A DNA stretch of 64,000 bases from Akkermansia sp. (GTDB lineage: Bacteria; Verrucomicrobiota; Verrucomicrobiia; Verrucomicrobiales; Akkermansiaceae): contig JAZNGY010000075.1 in the NCBI GenBank assembly GCA_045576695.1, positions 46,097 through 110,096 of the forward strand, read 5' to 3'. Position numbers and translations under genes: made by a program. The notes beneath the pieces are model-generated. The model did not search any database. It saw only the letters and a program-made list of their open reading frames with translations, and had not been told where the DNA came from. Below, piece after piece: positions 17,740-26,233 of the stretch (the first letter of the stretch is position 1; the number at the start of each line of letters is the position of its first letter).

Positions 17740-18795
17740 TTAAATGCGCTTGAGGTACTTGCTCGGCGCACCTGTCGTGATGATTCCGTCCTCCGTGAGC
17801 TGAGAGACGAGTTCATCCTTGCTTTTCTGCTTCTGCCCGCGAGGAGCAATAGCGGAAATCTTGTTGCCGAGGGCATCGATGCTCACGCTGCCGCAGCATT
17901 CGATAAACGTCTCGGGTGAAATCTTGTCCTTTACCGCGCCAAAGGCGGCGAGTGCATCGGAGATGGTGCGGCGACCAGCACGATTGGCGAGCTTGTAGCC
18001 GGGGATCTCAGCACCATTGAGAGCCATGTCGATGGCGTGGTAGTTGACAGAGTCAATCCATTCCTTGAGCACCTTGGCACAGTCGAGGCATTGAGCCATC
18101 ATGCGCGGGTCTGAGATGTTGGAGGGGTGAAGCTCCTCGGGGATAGCGAGCCCAGAGTAGCGGCTGGCGATGGGCAGCGCGAGGTTGCGGAGTGCCTTGC
18201 AGGTAGCTTGCTTGCGGCAGTAGCAGCATTGCTGCCCCGGTTGCTCCTCCTTGTTCTTGGCATTGGCTCTGCGGACAATGGTGTCAATGCGGAGTCTCAT
18301 GCGCTCGGTGTCCTCGCGGGTGTAGGTGTGAGTGCTGATGTACTGGCGGCGGGGCTGAACGAAGTGAACGCTAAGCTCCTGCAGCTCCGGGAACTTCTCG
18401 AACACGCCGAGCGCATAGGCACAGCCCTGTGCATTCGATTCTGCAGGTTCGATGGCACCATAGCCGAACTTCCAGTCCATCAACACGCCCACCTTTTCGG
18501 CCACCGCAACAAAGTCGGCTGTACCGTAGGTGAGGCCGTCAGCGATGGTAAGGCGAAGTTCGCGATACTGGGCAGCGTCAGGCAGCTTAGCCAGCTCGCC
18601 ATCGCGGTAGTCTCGGCAGAGCCCGCAGAGGAACGCTTGCTCCTCATTGAGCTTCGAGTAGTCATCTGTCTCCAGAGCCTCGTGCATGAGCGTACCCTCT
18701 TCGGCGGCGGCGTTGGTGCCGCTCTTGCCGTAAAAGGCCGGGCATATTTCCTTGTAGCCGAGTGAGGACGGAGAGTGTCTTGCGTGCTTAGCCAT
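17740..18795 (-). CDS. PD-(D/E)XK (Cas4-like/DUF2800-like) exonuclease
   Basis: HSPSS, GTLMH, YGTADF, MDWKFG and CCYC...C Fe-S-type cysteines; start taken at MAKHARHS. Confidence 0.8.
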   Translation of the reverse strand: MAKHARHSPSSLGYKEICPAFYGKSGTNAAAEEGTLMHEALETDDYSKLNEEQAFLCGLCRDYRDGELAKLPDAAQYRELRLTIADGLTYGTADFVAVAEKVGVLMDWKFGYGAIEPAESNAQGCAYALGVFEKFPELQELSVHFVQPRRQYISTHTYTREDTERMRLRIDTIVRRANAKNKEEQPGQQCCYCRKQATCKALRNLALPIASRYSGLAIPEELHPSNISDPRMMAQCLDCAKVLKEWIDSVNYHAIDMALNGAEIPGYKLANRAGRRTISDALAAFGAVKDKISPETFIECCGSVSIDALGNKISAIAPRGQKQKSKDELVSQLTEDGIITTGAPSKYLKRI

Positions 18796-19018
18796 TGGGG
18801 AACAGCTCCTCTCTATCAGGCTCGTTACCGATGCTTTCGATGCGTGACTGCAAGCGCAGCACCACATCCTCGCACATGTCTTTCAGTTCGGAGTAAAAGC
18901 TACGCATCTCGTAGTTGCGTGCGTTGTTGCTCTTGGTCTCCATCACTCCCTCCATGTAGGCCAAGTGGCGTATCACATGGCCGAGGGCTTTCATCTTCTC
19001 AATGTCGGTTGTATCCAT
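18788..19018 (-). CDS. Hypothetical phage protein
   Basis: Coupled between helicase and nuclease; start taken at MDTTDIEK. Confidence 0.55.
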   Translation of the reverse strand: MDTTDIEKMKALGHVIRHLAYMEGVMETKSNNARNYEMRSFYSELKDMCEDVVLRLQSRIESIGNEPDREELFPNG

Positions 19019-19053
19019 ATTGATTGATTCTTGGGTTAAGGGGAAAATCGTTA

Positions 19054-20373
19054 TCATTGAATGGGAAAGGGTTGCATATCGCCATCGTTAAGCAGGTCAA
19101 TGTGGGCGAGCTTGGAAGCGCAGACCTGAGCCGTGTGTTCCTCACAGGTTCCGGCGGCGAAGCAAATCTTCTGGATGCTGGCAGCACCACCGGCACGATG
19201 CACTCGGCCAAGTGCCTGGCGCAGATCAGCAGCGGAGAATGTGGGCGATATGATGCTCAGGCGGGGACGCTGGCCGCTCGGGTCGTGCAGACTCACGCCC
19301 ACGCCGCCAGCCTGAATGTTGGCAATGACGACCGGAATCTCGTTGCGCTGGAAGCGGTCGATAACGGACTGGCGTTCTTCCGCAGACTGGCCACCACAGA
19401 TGATGTCGGAGCAGTTGAGCTTCGCCGCCAGAGCGCATATGGTTTCGGTGAAGTTCACCAACAGGACCACGCTCTGCCCCTCTTCGATAGCGGTCTTGGT
19501 CATTTCCACCATAGCCGGTACTTTGTGCAGCTCGATGGCTTGGCGGGCGCGGAGGACAAGTGTCAGGTGGCTGGCTTTCTTCGAGCCCAGGGCTTCGGCG
19601 ATCTCATCGAGCTTGTTGCCATCAGCTTCACGTTCTGCCTTGCGCAGCTCGTACTTCAGGTTGTCGTACTCGTCCTGAATCGCCTTGGCCTTACCTGTCT
19701 CAACGATAGCGGGCTCGATGATGGTTTCCGGGAAGTCCGGGATATCGGCGATACGGAGGCGGCTACCACGCAGCGGGAAGATAGCGTTGTGCAGTTGGCG
19801 CAAGCACTCTTCATCGCCGCTGAACTCCATGCCGAAGAAGCCCTCACGCACGCCATTCCGCTTAGCCCAGTACCAGTAGTTGTACAGGTTGTGGAGGCCA
19901 AGAGCGAAGCCGAGGGCTCGCATTTCAAGCGGGTTGCTGGCGGCGGTGGCTGAGCACAGGAGGATGCGGCAATGACGAGCGCGGGCTCCGATGAGTAAGC
20001 GAGCGTTGAGGGAGTCACGACCCTTACACTTCTGGCACTCGTCAAAGATGATAAGTGTCTCGTGCGGGACGTGCCACTCATAGCCGGTATCGGTCTTACG
20101 GCAGATATCCAGCTTGCCCCTGCGGATGTTCTCGTAGTTGGTGACAAGGAGCGGCTTGATTTCGGCAAGCTTGCATACCTTTTCCCAGCTCGGCACAGTT
20201 GCCTTGGGCGTGAGGATGATGGTGGGGATACCGAGGCGGGCAGCTACTTCGCAGCCGATATAGGTCTTGCCTGTGCCGGGGTCGCTGGCATCGAGTGCCA
20301 CTCGGTTCGGGCTGAGGAGAGCGCGTTCGATGCTCTCGGCGTGGTCTTTCTGATAGTCTAGGAGTGTTAGCAT
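19054..20373 (-). CDS. SF2 (SNF2-like) helicase
   Basis: DPGTGKT Walker A, IFDECQ, SAT, QAGGVGVSL, QALGRVHR. Confidence 0.9.
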   Translation of the reverse strand: MLTLLDYQKDHAESIERALLSPNRVALDASDPGTGKTYIGCEVAARLGIPTIILTPKATVPSWEKVCKLAEIKPLLVTNYENIRRGKLDICRKTDTGYEWHVPHETLIIFDECQKCKGRDSLNARLLIGARARHCRILLCSATAASNPLEMRALGFALGLHNLYNYWYWAKRNGVREGFFGMEFSGDEECLRQLHNAIFPLRGSRLRIADIPDFPETIIEPAIVETGKAKAIQDEYDNLKYELRKAEREADGNKLDEIAEALGSKKASHLTLVLRARQAIELHKVPAMVEMTKTAIEEGQSVVLLVNFTETICALAAKLNCSDIICGGQSAEERQSVIDRFQRNEIPVVIANIQAGGVGVSLHDPSGQRPRLSIISPTFSAADLRQALGRVHRAGGAASIQKICFAAGTCEEHTAQVCASKLAHIDLLNDGDMQPFPIQ

Positions 20374-20387
20374 GATTTTTGGCTTTC

Positions 20388-20437
20388 ACTCCTTTCAGCA
20401 GGTCGACTTCAAAAAATCGGACTACTTTTTGCAAAAA
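20388..20437 (-). repeat. 50-bp inverted repeat, left copy
   Basis: Reverse complement matches 23798-23848 at about 44 of 50 positions. Confidence 0.9.
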
Positions 20438-20545
20438 AAAATTATTGGCAGTGGAAAATGCTCTATTTTTGCAACAAAAACCACAATATGTAGTACAAAA
20501 GCAGAAAATCCTGTGCCATAATTGCGTATGCACCCTGTGCGCACC

Positions 20546-20574
20546 TTGACATCACCCTTGGTAAGGCATAAAAT
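20546..20574 (+). promoter_or_regulatory. Canonical sigma70 promoter TTGACA-17-TAAAAT
   Basis: Upstream of GTG 20597, which has an AAGGAG RBS. Confidence 0.7.
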
Positions 20575-20596
20575 ATGGCAAAGGAGTAAACACTAA

Positions 20597-22975
20597 GTGA
20601 GTAAGGAAAGTATTATAAATCATTTTTCAGACGTCGGACTCGTATACCGACTCGACAAGGCCTGTAAGGTCTTGTTCACCCCATACACAGCCCTTTTCAA
20701 GGAAAGAGGATTGGAGTTCAATTTTGAACTTGAGGGCGCAGAAAAGACGGCCCATCTTGACCGCATTCGCGACATTCTGCTCAGCTTGAGTACAGACACG
20801 GAAGCCGGGCGTAGGCTTGCAAACGTGCTTGATGAAATTGTGCTGGTAGATAAGAACTACAGCAAGGTGAGCACATACATAGAAGACATCACTCAGAAAT
20901 GGGGCGATGGCCTACGCGCATCGGGGTACAACATTGGCGAACAGCTGGAGCTTGTCGCAGCATTGTGTACAGATGAGCGCAAGGAAGTGAGCGATGCTAT
21001 GGCAATCATAGTGTCGCGCATACACTCCTTGGATTCTGCCACCAATCGTGACTACCATTGGTTTGGTGACTTTGCGGAAGAGAAAGAGGACGGCTCTGTT
21101 AAGCTGCCTGTTTTCAAAGTGCCTGATGATAAGGATTTGGCTGCTAAAAAAGAAGACCTTGAGGCACAACTTAACGCAGGATTCGAAAAGAATCACTACA
21201 CTACCGATTGCCATGTTGTGCTTCAGCCGAAATCCGCTGATGGCGAAATCTGGGCTCTGGTTGAACACAGCGGCCGCATTGTGGTTAGGGAGAAAATGGA
21301 AGATGGTAAGGCCAGTACCATCAAATATCCACCATTGACGCGAAGCATCGTTGTCTTAGATACTGAGCGCAGAATGCTACGTATCAAGTCTGGTGCTGAA
21401 TGGATGTATAATCTACTGTCCAAGAAATTCTCAAATTTCTTCTGCGGCCATGAGGAGCTATTCCAACAAGGCCAGATGTATTGGTTTGACCCTATCAGCC
21501 GACATGGCTTGGCAAAGGCTTTCAGTATTGCCGATTATAGCACCATTATCAACAAAGCGTATATCGTCTCCATTAAGTGCGATGTCATGGATGGCGCGGA
21601 GGGTGACCAGCTCACCTTAAACAATACGAAAGACAGGGATATCTGTGCCACTTGGGAGAAGTTTAGCAAAGACCATATTCTTTGGATCAGGTCTATTACC
21701 CTGCGCCTGAGAATAAAGGGGTGCAAGAACAGGGTAACTGTAAAGATTGACAAAGAGAAAGGCCTGTTTGTAAGCATGCTTAGTAAGATGGGGCTGGTAA
21801 GAAGCTGGCTGCGCAGACGTGGCTTTGAGAAGCATTACCCCATCAAGGAGTATTGCAGCAAGGAGAGTAAGGCTGCAATACCTGCTGCGTTCTGGCCCAT
21901 TGTAAGGACTCTGCTTGAAACAGGAGAAGTCAGCAAAGCGAACCTGTATAACGTGTTTGACTCGCTTGCCCCAGGTGTCGGCGACTTCGTGAATCCTCGC
22001 ATACTGAAAGAAGTTGCTTCTCCTAAATATGAGAAGAAGTGGACGGATGCGTATGGCCGCGAGTGGGACGTGAAGTATAATGAGGCTACAGACAGCTACT
22101 ATGGCAGCAACATCAATGTTGAACTCGGCATAGAAGCTGGGCCTGACATCGACCCGTCAGAAGTCGAGATTCAGCCCATTAACAAAGATGCCTTGCTGAA
22201 AGACATTCAGACCGCACTCATGAAAAACTCCAGACTCAATATGGATGACATGGGTGACGGCGTCCATCGTCTGGGGCAGCTGAATGCCCTCGGTGTCACA
22301 GCATTCTTGGCAACTGGTACGAACTGGCACCCCGCATTTAAGGGCAACAATGTGACCAACTCTTCGATTGCCGTGGTGACGTTTACCGAATCCCCTCCCG
22401 ATTTGTACAAAGAACAAATTGAGGAGTCCTATATTCAGCACGCATGGCTCGGTAAATTACTGCGCTGGGATATTGCGGAAAAGCGTCTTGTTGAGATCGC
22501 GCCGGTAGAAAGTGAAATCAATGAGAACAATACGCTCATGTTCCAGTCTAACGATACACCGCCTTGGCACAGGTGGCCGCTCGGGTTACCTGAAGAGAGA
22601 TATCGCCATTTATCGCAGGTGGAGTTTATCTTGGGTTGTGATTACGCAACCATTCGCTACGCTGGCGTTGAGAAGCGCTTCACACTTGACGAGCTTGTGA
22701 TGCTTCAGCCAAAACGGCCAAAGCGAAATCCCAATAAGGTGAAAGACCACCCCAATTTCGCCACGCTATTACGATTTATCTGGGCGAATGAGCGTAGCGG
22801 GGATATGGGCTTCGAGTTGAAAGAAACGGGGTCCTCTGGCTCTCGTAAAAATCTGAATGATGATATCGGATTGTTCTTCGGCACAAATGATTGTGTCTGG
22901 GAAGAGATACCAGAGAACCCCGGCAGGTACAGATTAGCGTTTGCTAGTTGTACCACTACTGTGGATGACGATTAA
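20597..22975 (+). CDS. Large hypothetical protein (792 aa)
   Basis: Long ORF with own promoter and RBS; no motif recognised. Confidence 0.8.
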   Translation: MSKESIINHFSDVGLVYRLDKACKVLFTPYTALFKERGLEFNFELEGAEKTAHLDRIRDILLSLSTDTEAGRRLANVLDEIVLVDKNYSKVSTYIEDITQKWGDGLRASGYNIGEQLELVAALCTDERKEVSDAMAIIVSRIHSLDSATNRDYHWFGDFAEEKEDGSVKLPVFKVPDDKDLAAKKEDLEAQLNAGFEKNHYTTDCHVVLQPKSADGEIWALVEHSGRIVVREKMEDGKASTIKYPPLTRSIVVLDTERRMLRIKSGAEWMYNLLSKKFSNFFCGHEELFQQGQMYWFDPISRHGLAKAFSIADYSTIINKAYIVSIKCDVMDGAEGDQLTLNNTKDRDICATWEKFSKDHILWIRSITLRLRIKGCKNRVTVKIDKEKGLFVSMLSKMGLVRSWLRRRGFEKHYPIKEYCSKESKAAIPAAFWPIVRTLLETGEVSKANLYNVFDSLAPGVGDFVNPRILKEVASPKYEKKWTDAYGREWDVKYNEATDSYYGSNINVELGIEAGPDIDPSEVEIQPINKDALLKDIQTALMKNSRLNMDDMGDGVHRLGQLNALGVTAFLATGTNWHPAFKGNNVTNSSIAVVTFTESPPDLYKEQIEESYIQHAWLGKLLRWDIAEKRLVEIAPVESEINENNTLMFQSNDTPPWHRWPLGLPEERYRHLSQVEFILGCDYATIRYAGVEKRFTLDELVMLQPKRPKRNPNKVKDHPNFATLLRFIWANERSGDMGFELKETGSSGSRKNLNDDIGLFFGTNDCVWEEIPENPGRYRLAFASCTTTVDDD

Positions 22976-23640
22976 GCCTTAGCCAATTCAGCTTTCAATA
23001 GCGCAGCAGTAGACTTGTTTAACTTACGGACATAGGATTCATCTACGCCAAGTAGTTGAGCTATGTCCGTATTTTTCATGCCCTCTGCGTGCCAGATAAA
23101 GCACATCTGGGTTCTTTCATCGAGTTTACTCAGATACTGCATCGCTATGGCTGCATCGTTTTTGATGCTAACTGCATTATCGGGGGCGTGTACGCTTTCA
23201 TCGTATAGCACATCACCCCATCTTGTAAACTCAGCGCCGGGCTTATCCCAAGCATCATCGGTAAAGTCATCGAACTGGCAGAAGTTCTCGCTGCCCGATG
23301 CCATTGCCGATGACTTTTTCCCTGTCCCCCGGCGGGATGCCTCACCGTAGTCACCAAGGCGTTTCATGATGAGGCCTTGCATGACAGGTTCAAAGACATC
23401 CATCTCGCAACGGAAACAAGCCAAGCTGCACAAGCTCATCCAAAGTTCTATGCCAAAATCATAGGCCGTTTGGTTGTTCATGAGCCACTTGTCCGTTCCG
23501 TGCCTACGACTGTTGATAGTCTTGGCAAGCATCTGCAAAAGAAGATACTGCCTGTACTCAAGGTCGTAGTTCTTGCTGTTTGTGTCTAATTTGGCGAGGA
23601 TTCTTTCGCCACCCAATGTTATATCGAATGTAAATACCAT
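22972..23640 (-). CDS. Sigma70 region-4-like HTH regulator
   Basis: C-terminal LSKLDERTQMCFIWHAEGMKNTDIAQLLGVDESYVRK. Confidence 0.7.
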   Translation of the reverse strand: MVFTFDITLGGERILAKLDTNSKNYDLEYRQYLLLQMLAKTINSRRHGTDKWLMNNQTAYDFGIELWMSLCSLACFRCEMDVFEPVMQGLIMKRLGDYGEASRRGTGKKSSAMASGSENFCQFDDFTDDAWDKPGAEFTRWGDVLYDESVHAPDNAVSIKNDAAIAMQYLSKLDERTQMCFIWHAEGMKNTDIAQLLGVDESYVRKLNKSTAALLKAELAKA

Positions 23641-23797
23641 AGAATCCTCGGTATACAGGATTCCAAAGTATTGTGATAAAATCCGAGGTTGAGCAGCGCC
23701 ACTTGTCCTTGAGTATCAATAATCAAAAAGTTCGCCATCCCATTTACGACCTCCATTTCCTGAACAAGCAAATCGCCAAATAGCAGTCGCAAAACAC

Positions 23798-23848
23798 TTT
23801 TTTGCAGAAAGTAGTCCGATTTTTTCATTTGCACCTGCTGAAAGGAGT
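23798..23848 (+). repeat. 50-bp inverted repeat, right copy
   Basis: ttttttgcagaaagtagtccgattttttcatttgcacctgctgaaaggagt; partner at 20388-20437. Confidence 0.9.
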
Positions 23849-23876
23849 AGCCCAAGGAACAAAGGGCTACTCAACA

Positions 23877-24242
23877 ATGGATATTAAGAACCTTACTAAA
23901 ATAGCTGAGGAAGTAGGTGCTGAGGCCGTAGCCAAGGCAAATCGTGTAAAAGGCTGGAATCTTATCTGCTGCCTGTACTCTGAACCTCGTACTGCCGAGG
24001 ATGACCTCGCCCATGCCTACGCTACCGAAGCTCGCTCGTTAAGTCTCCTGAGCCTGCGCTTAACCTGCGCCAAAGCCGAAGCCGGGCTGCGTGGTAACAC
24101 GAAGAAGTATGAACGTCTGACCAAGGCCATCGAGGAAGTTACCAAGCGCGAGATGCGCCTGTCTGCCCTCTGCCACGAAGCCATCAAGGCTGCACGTGAA
24201 GCCGATGAAAAGGCAAAGATTGATAGAAAGGAGAACGCCTGA
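23877..24242 (+). CDS. Hypothetical phage protein
   Basis: First gene of the rightward replication operon. Confidence 0.65.
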   Translation: MDIKNLTKIAEEVGAEAVAKANRVKGWNLICCLYSEPRTAEDDLAHAYATEARSLSLLSLRLTCAKAEAGLRGNTKKYERLTKAIEEVTKREMRLSALCHEAIKAAREADEKAKIDRKENA

Positions 24243-24243
24243 G

Positions 24244-24456
24244 ATGAGCTACTACCCGAAGCACCAGCTTTCTATCGCTGGCAATCGGGACGAGTTCAGC
24301 ATCCCCCATTCTGATTTGGGGGATGCCATTTGCTCGTTCCATCTTGTCTGGGGCAAAGTGAATGGCCAGATTCAGCCCTGTATCCTGCATCCGGGCGTCT
24401 ACTACCCTGGCTTTCAACCTGTAACAGCAAAGGAGGTGTACGAATATGAAGCCTGA
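24244..24456 (+). CDS. Hypothetical phage protein
   Basis: MSYYPKH...; overlaps polymerase start. Confidence 0.55.
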   Translation: MSYYPKHQLSIAGNRDEFSIPHSDLGDAICSFHLVWGKVNGQIQPCILHPGVYYPGFQPVTAKEVYEYEA

Positions 24457-26233
24457 ACCTGAAGCGAAGAAAGGCAAGGTCTTTGCGATAGACTTCGAGA
24501 CTTACTACGGCAAGGAGCTGAGCATCGACACCCACGGCCTGTACCACTACCTGCGCGATCCTGCGGCTTCTATCTACCTCGTCTCTATCTATTCTCCTGA
24601 ATCAGATGGTGAGTTTGCGTATGTAGGTAAGCCGGAAGATTTCGACTGGCAGATGCTTGATGGCAGCACGCTCTGCGCCCACAACGCCCGCTTTGACCGC
24701 GCATGCTTCGAGAGGCTGCGCGAGCTCGGTATCGTCCCGGCAGAGCTGCAGGTGGACTGGGTATGCACCGCCGATATGGCAAGTGCGCTCAGCTACGGCC
24801 GCTCTCTGAAGGCATCTGTGGAGGGAGCCTTTGGCATCAGCATCAGCAAGGAAACCCGCACCGACATGAAAGACAAGACGTGGGCAGACGCTGTGCGCTT
24901 GGGCATGGCCAAGGAACTTGGCGAGTATTGCCTGAAAGACTCTTGGTACTGCTACCACCTGTACTCCAAGCTCGGCTCACTTTGGAGCGACAAGGAACGC
25001 AGGCTGTCAGCCTTAACCCGCGACATGTGCGACTACGGCGTGTACGTGGATCAGAAGCTACTGGCCGAGGGTAAGCAGAAGCTCCTGCGCGTGATGGATG
25101 AAGCTGTCAGCAAGATTCCGTGGGCTGATGGCAGCAAGCCTATCCTGTCGCTGAAGAATCTGAAATTGGAATGCGCCAAAGCCGGCATATCAGCACCTGA
25201 TTCACTCGCTCAGGACTCTGACAGCTGTACTGCCTGGGAGGAGAAATACGGCGAGCAGTTTCCTTGGGTGGGGGCAATGCGAGACTATCGCAAGGCCAAC
25301 ACGCTGTACAAGAAATTGGAAACGCTTGAGAGCCGCATTCGCCCGGACGGCACATTCTCCTACGGGCTCAAATACTTCGGCGCTCACACAGGCCGCTGGA
25401 GCGGCGATGGCGGCTTCAACATCCAGAACTTGCCGCGCGTAGCTCAATTCGGCGTAGATCTGCGCAAGATGATTGTACCACGCCCCGGCCATACGTTCAT
25501 CATTAGCGACCTTGGCCAGATTGAGCAACGGGTCTTGTCTTGGCTGGCGGGTGACAACGCCATGATGGAGGAGCTGGAGAAAGGCATCTCGGTTTATGAA
25601 GCCCACGCCCGCGCCACTATGGGATATACAGGCAGCGAGCCCTTGAAGCACGCTAACCCTGACCTGTACCGACTGGCTAAGGCTCGTGTGCTGGGGCTGG
25701 GCTATGGCGCCGGTGCTAAGGTGTTCGTCAGGATTGCCAAGACGATGGCGGGGCTGGATATCTCGGAGCGCGAAGCTGAGCGCATCGTGAGAGACTTCCG
25801 TAACAGCAACCGCCTTATCACTAAGCTCTGGGCTAAGCTGGACCATGCCTTTAATGTGAACAAGGGCAAGGCTTGCTTCGCTCTGCCGCTGCCCTCTGGC
25901 CGCTCTCTTTACTACCGCAATCTTGCCATGACCCCCAAAGGCATAAGCGCAGAAGTACAAGGCAAGCGCTGCGCCTTTTTTGATGGCAAGCTGGCAGAGA
26001 ACCTGACATCGGCCACCGCTCGCGATGTACTGGGCGAGATCCTGCTGAATCTGGATGCCGCCGGGTATCGAGTTGTGATGCACATCCATGACGAGGTGGT
26101 AGTGGAAGTGCCGACCGAAAAAGTTGACACCGCGCTAAAGGATGTGCAGCGCATCATGACCACTGCACCAGAGTGGCTGGAGGGGCTACCCCTCGCAGCT
26201 GAAACCACCTCATCAACCTTTTACACCAAATGA
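24446..26233 (+). CDS. Phage family A DNA polymerase with 3'-5' exonuclease
   Basis: IDFET exo I, HTGRWSG, DLGQIEQRV motif A, KARVLGLGYG motif B, IHDEVV motif C. Confidence 0.95.
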   Translation: MKPEPEAKKGKVFAIDFETYYGKELSIDTHGLYHYLRDPAASIYLVSIYSPESDGEFAYVGKPEDFDWQMLDGSTLCAHNARFDRACFERLRELGIVPAELQVDWVCTADMASALSYGRSLKASVEGAFGISISKETRTDMKDKTWADAVRLGMAKELGEYCLKDSWYCYHLYSKLGSLWSDKERRLSALTRDMCDYGVYVDQKLLAEGKQKLLRVMDEAVSKIPWADGSKPILSLKNLKLECAKAGISAPDSLAQDSDSCTAWEEKYGEQFPWVGAMRDYRKANTLYKKLETLESRIRPDGTFSYGLKYFGAHTGRWSGDGGFNIQNLPRVAQFGVDLRKMIVPRPGHTFIISDLGQIEQRVLSWLAGDNAMMEELEKGISVYEAHARATMGYTGSEPLKHANPDLYRLAKARVLGLGYGAGAKVFVRIAKTMAGLDISEREAERIVRDFRNSNRLITKLWAKLDHAFNVNKGKACFALPLPSGRSLYYRNLAMTPKGISAEVQGKRCAFFDGKLAENLTSATARDVLGEILLNLDAAGYRVVMHIHDEVVVEVPTEKVDTALKDVQRIMTTAPEWLEGLPLAAETTSSTFYTK

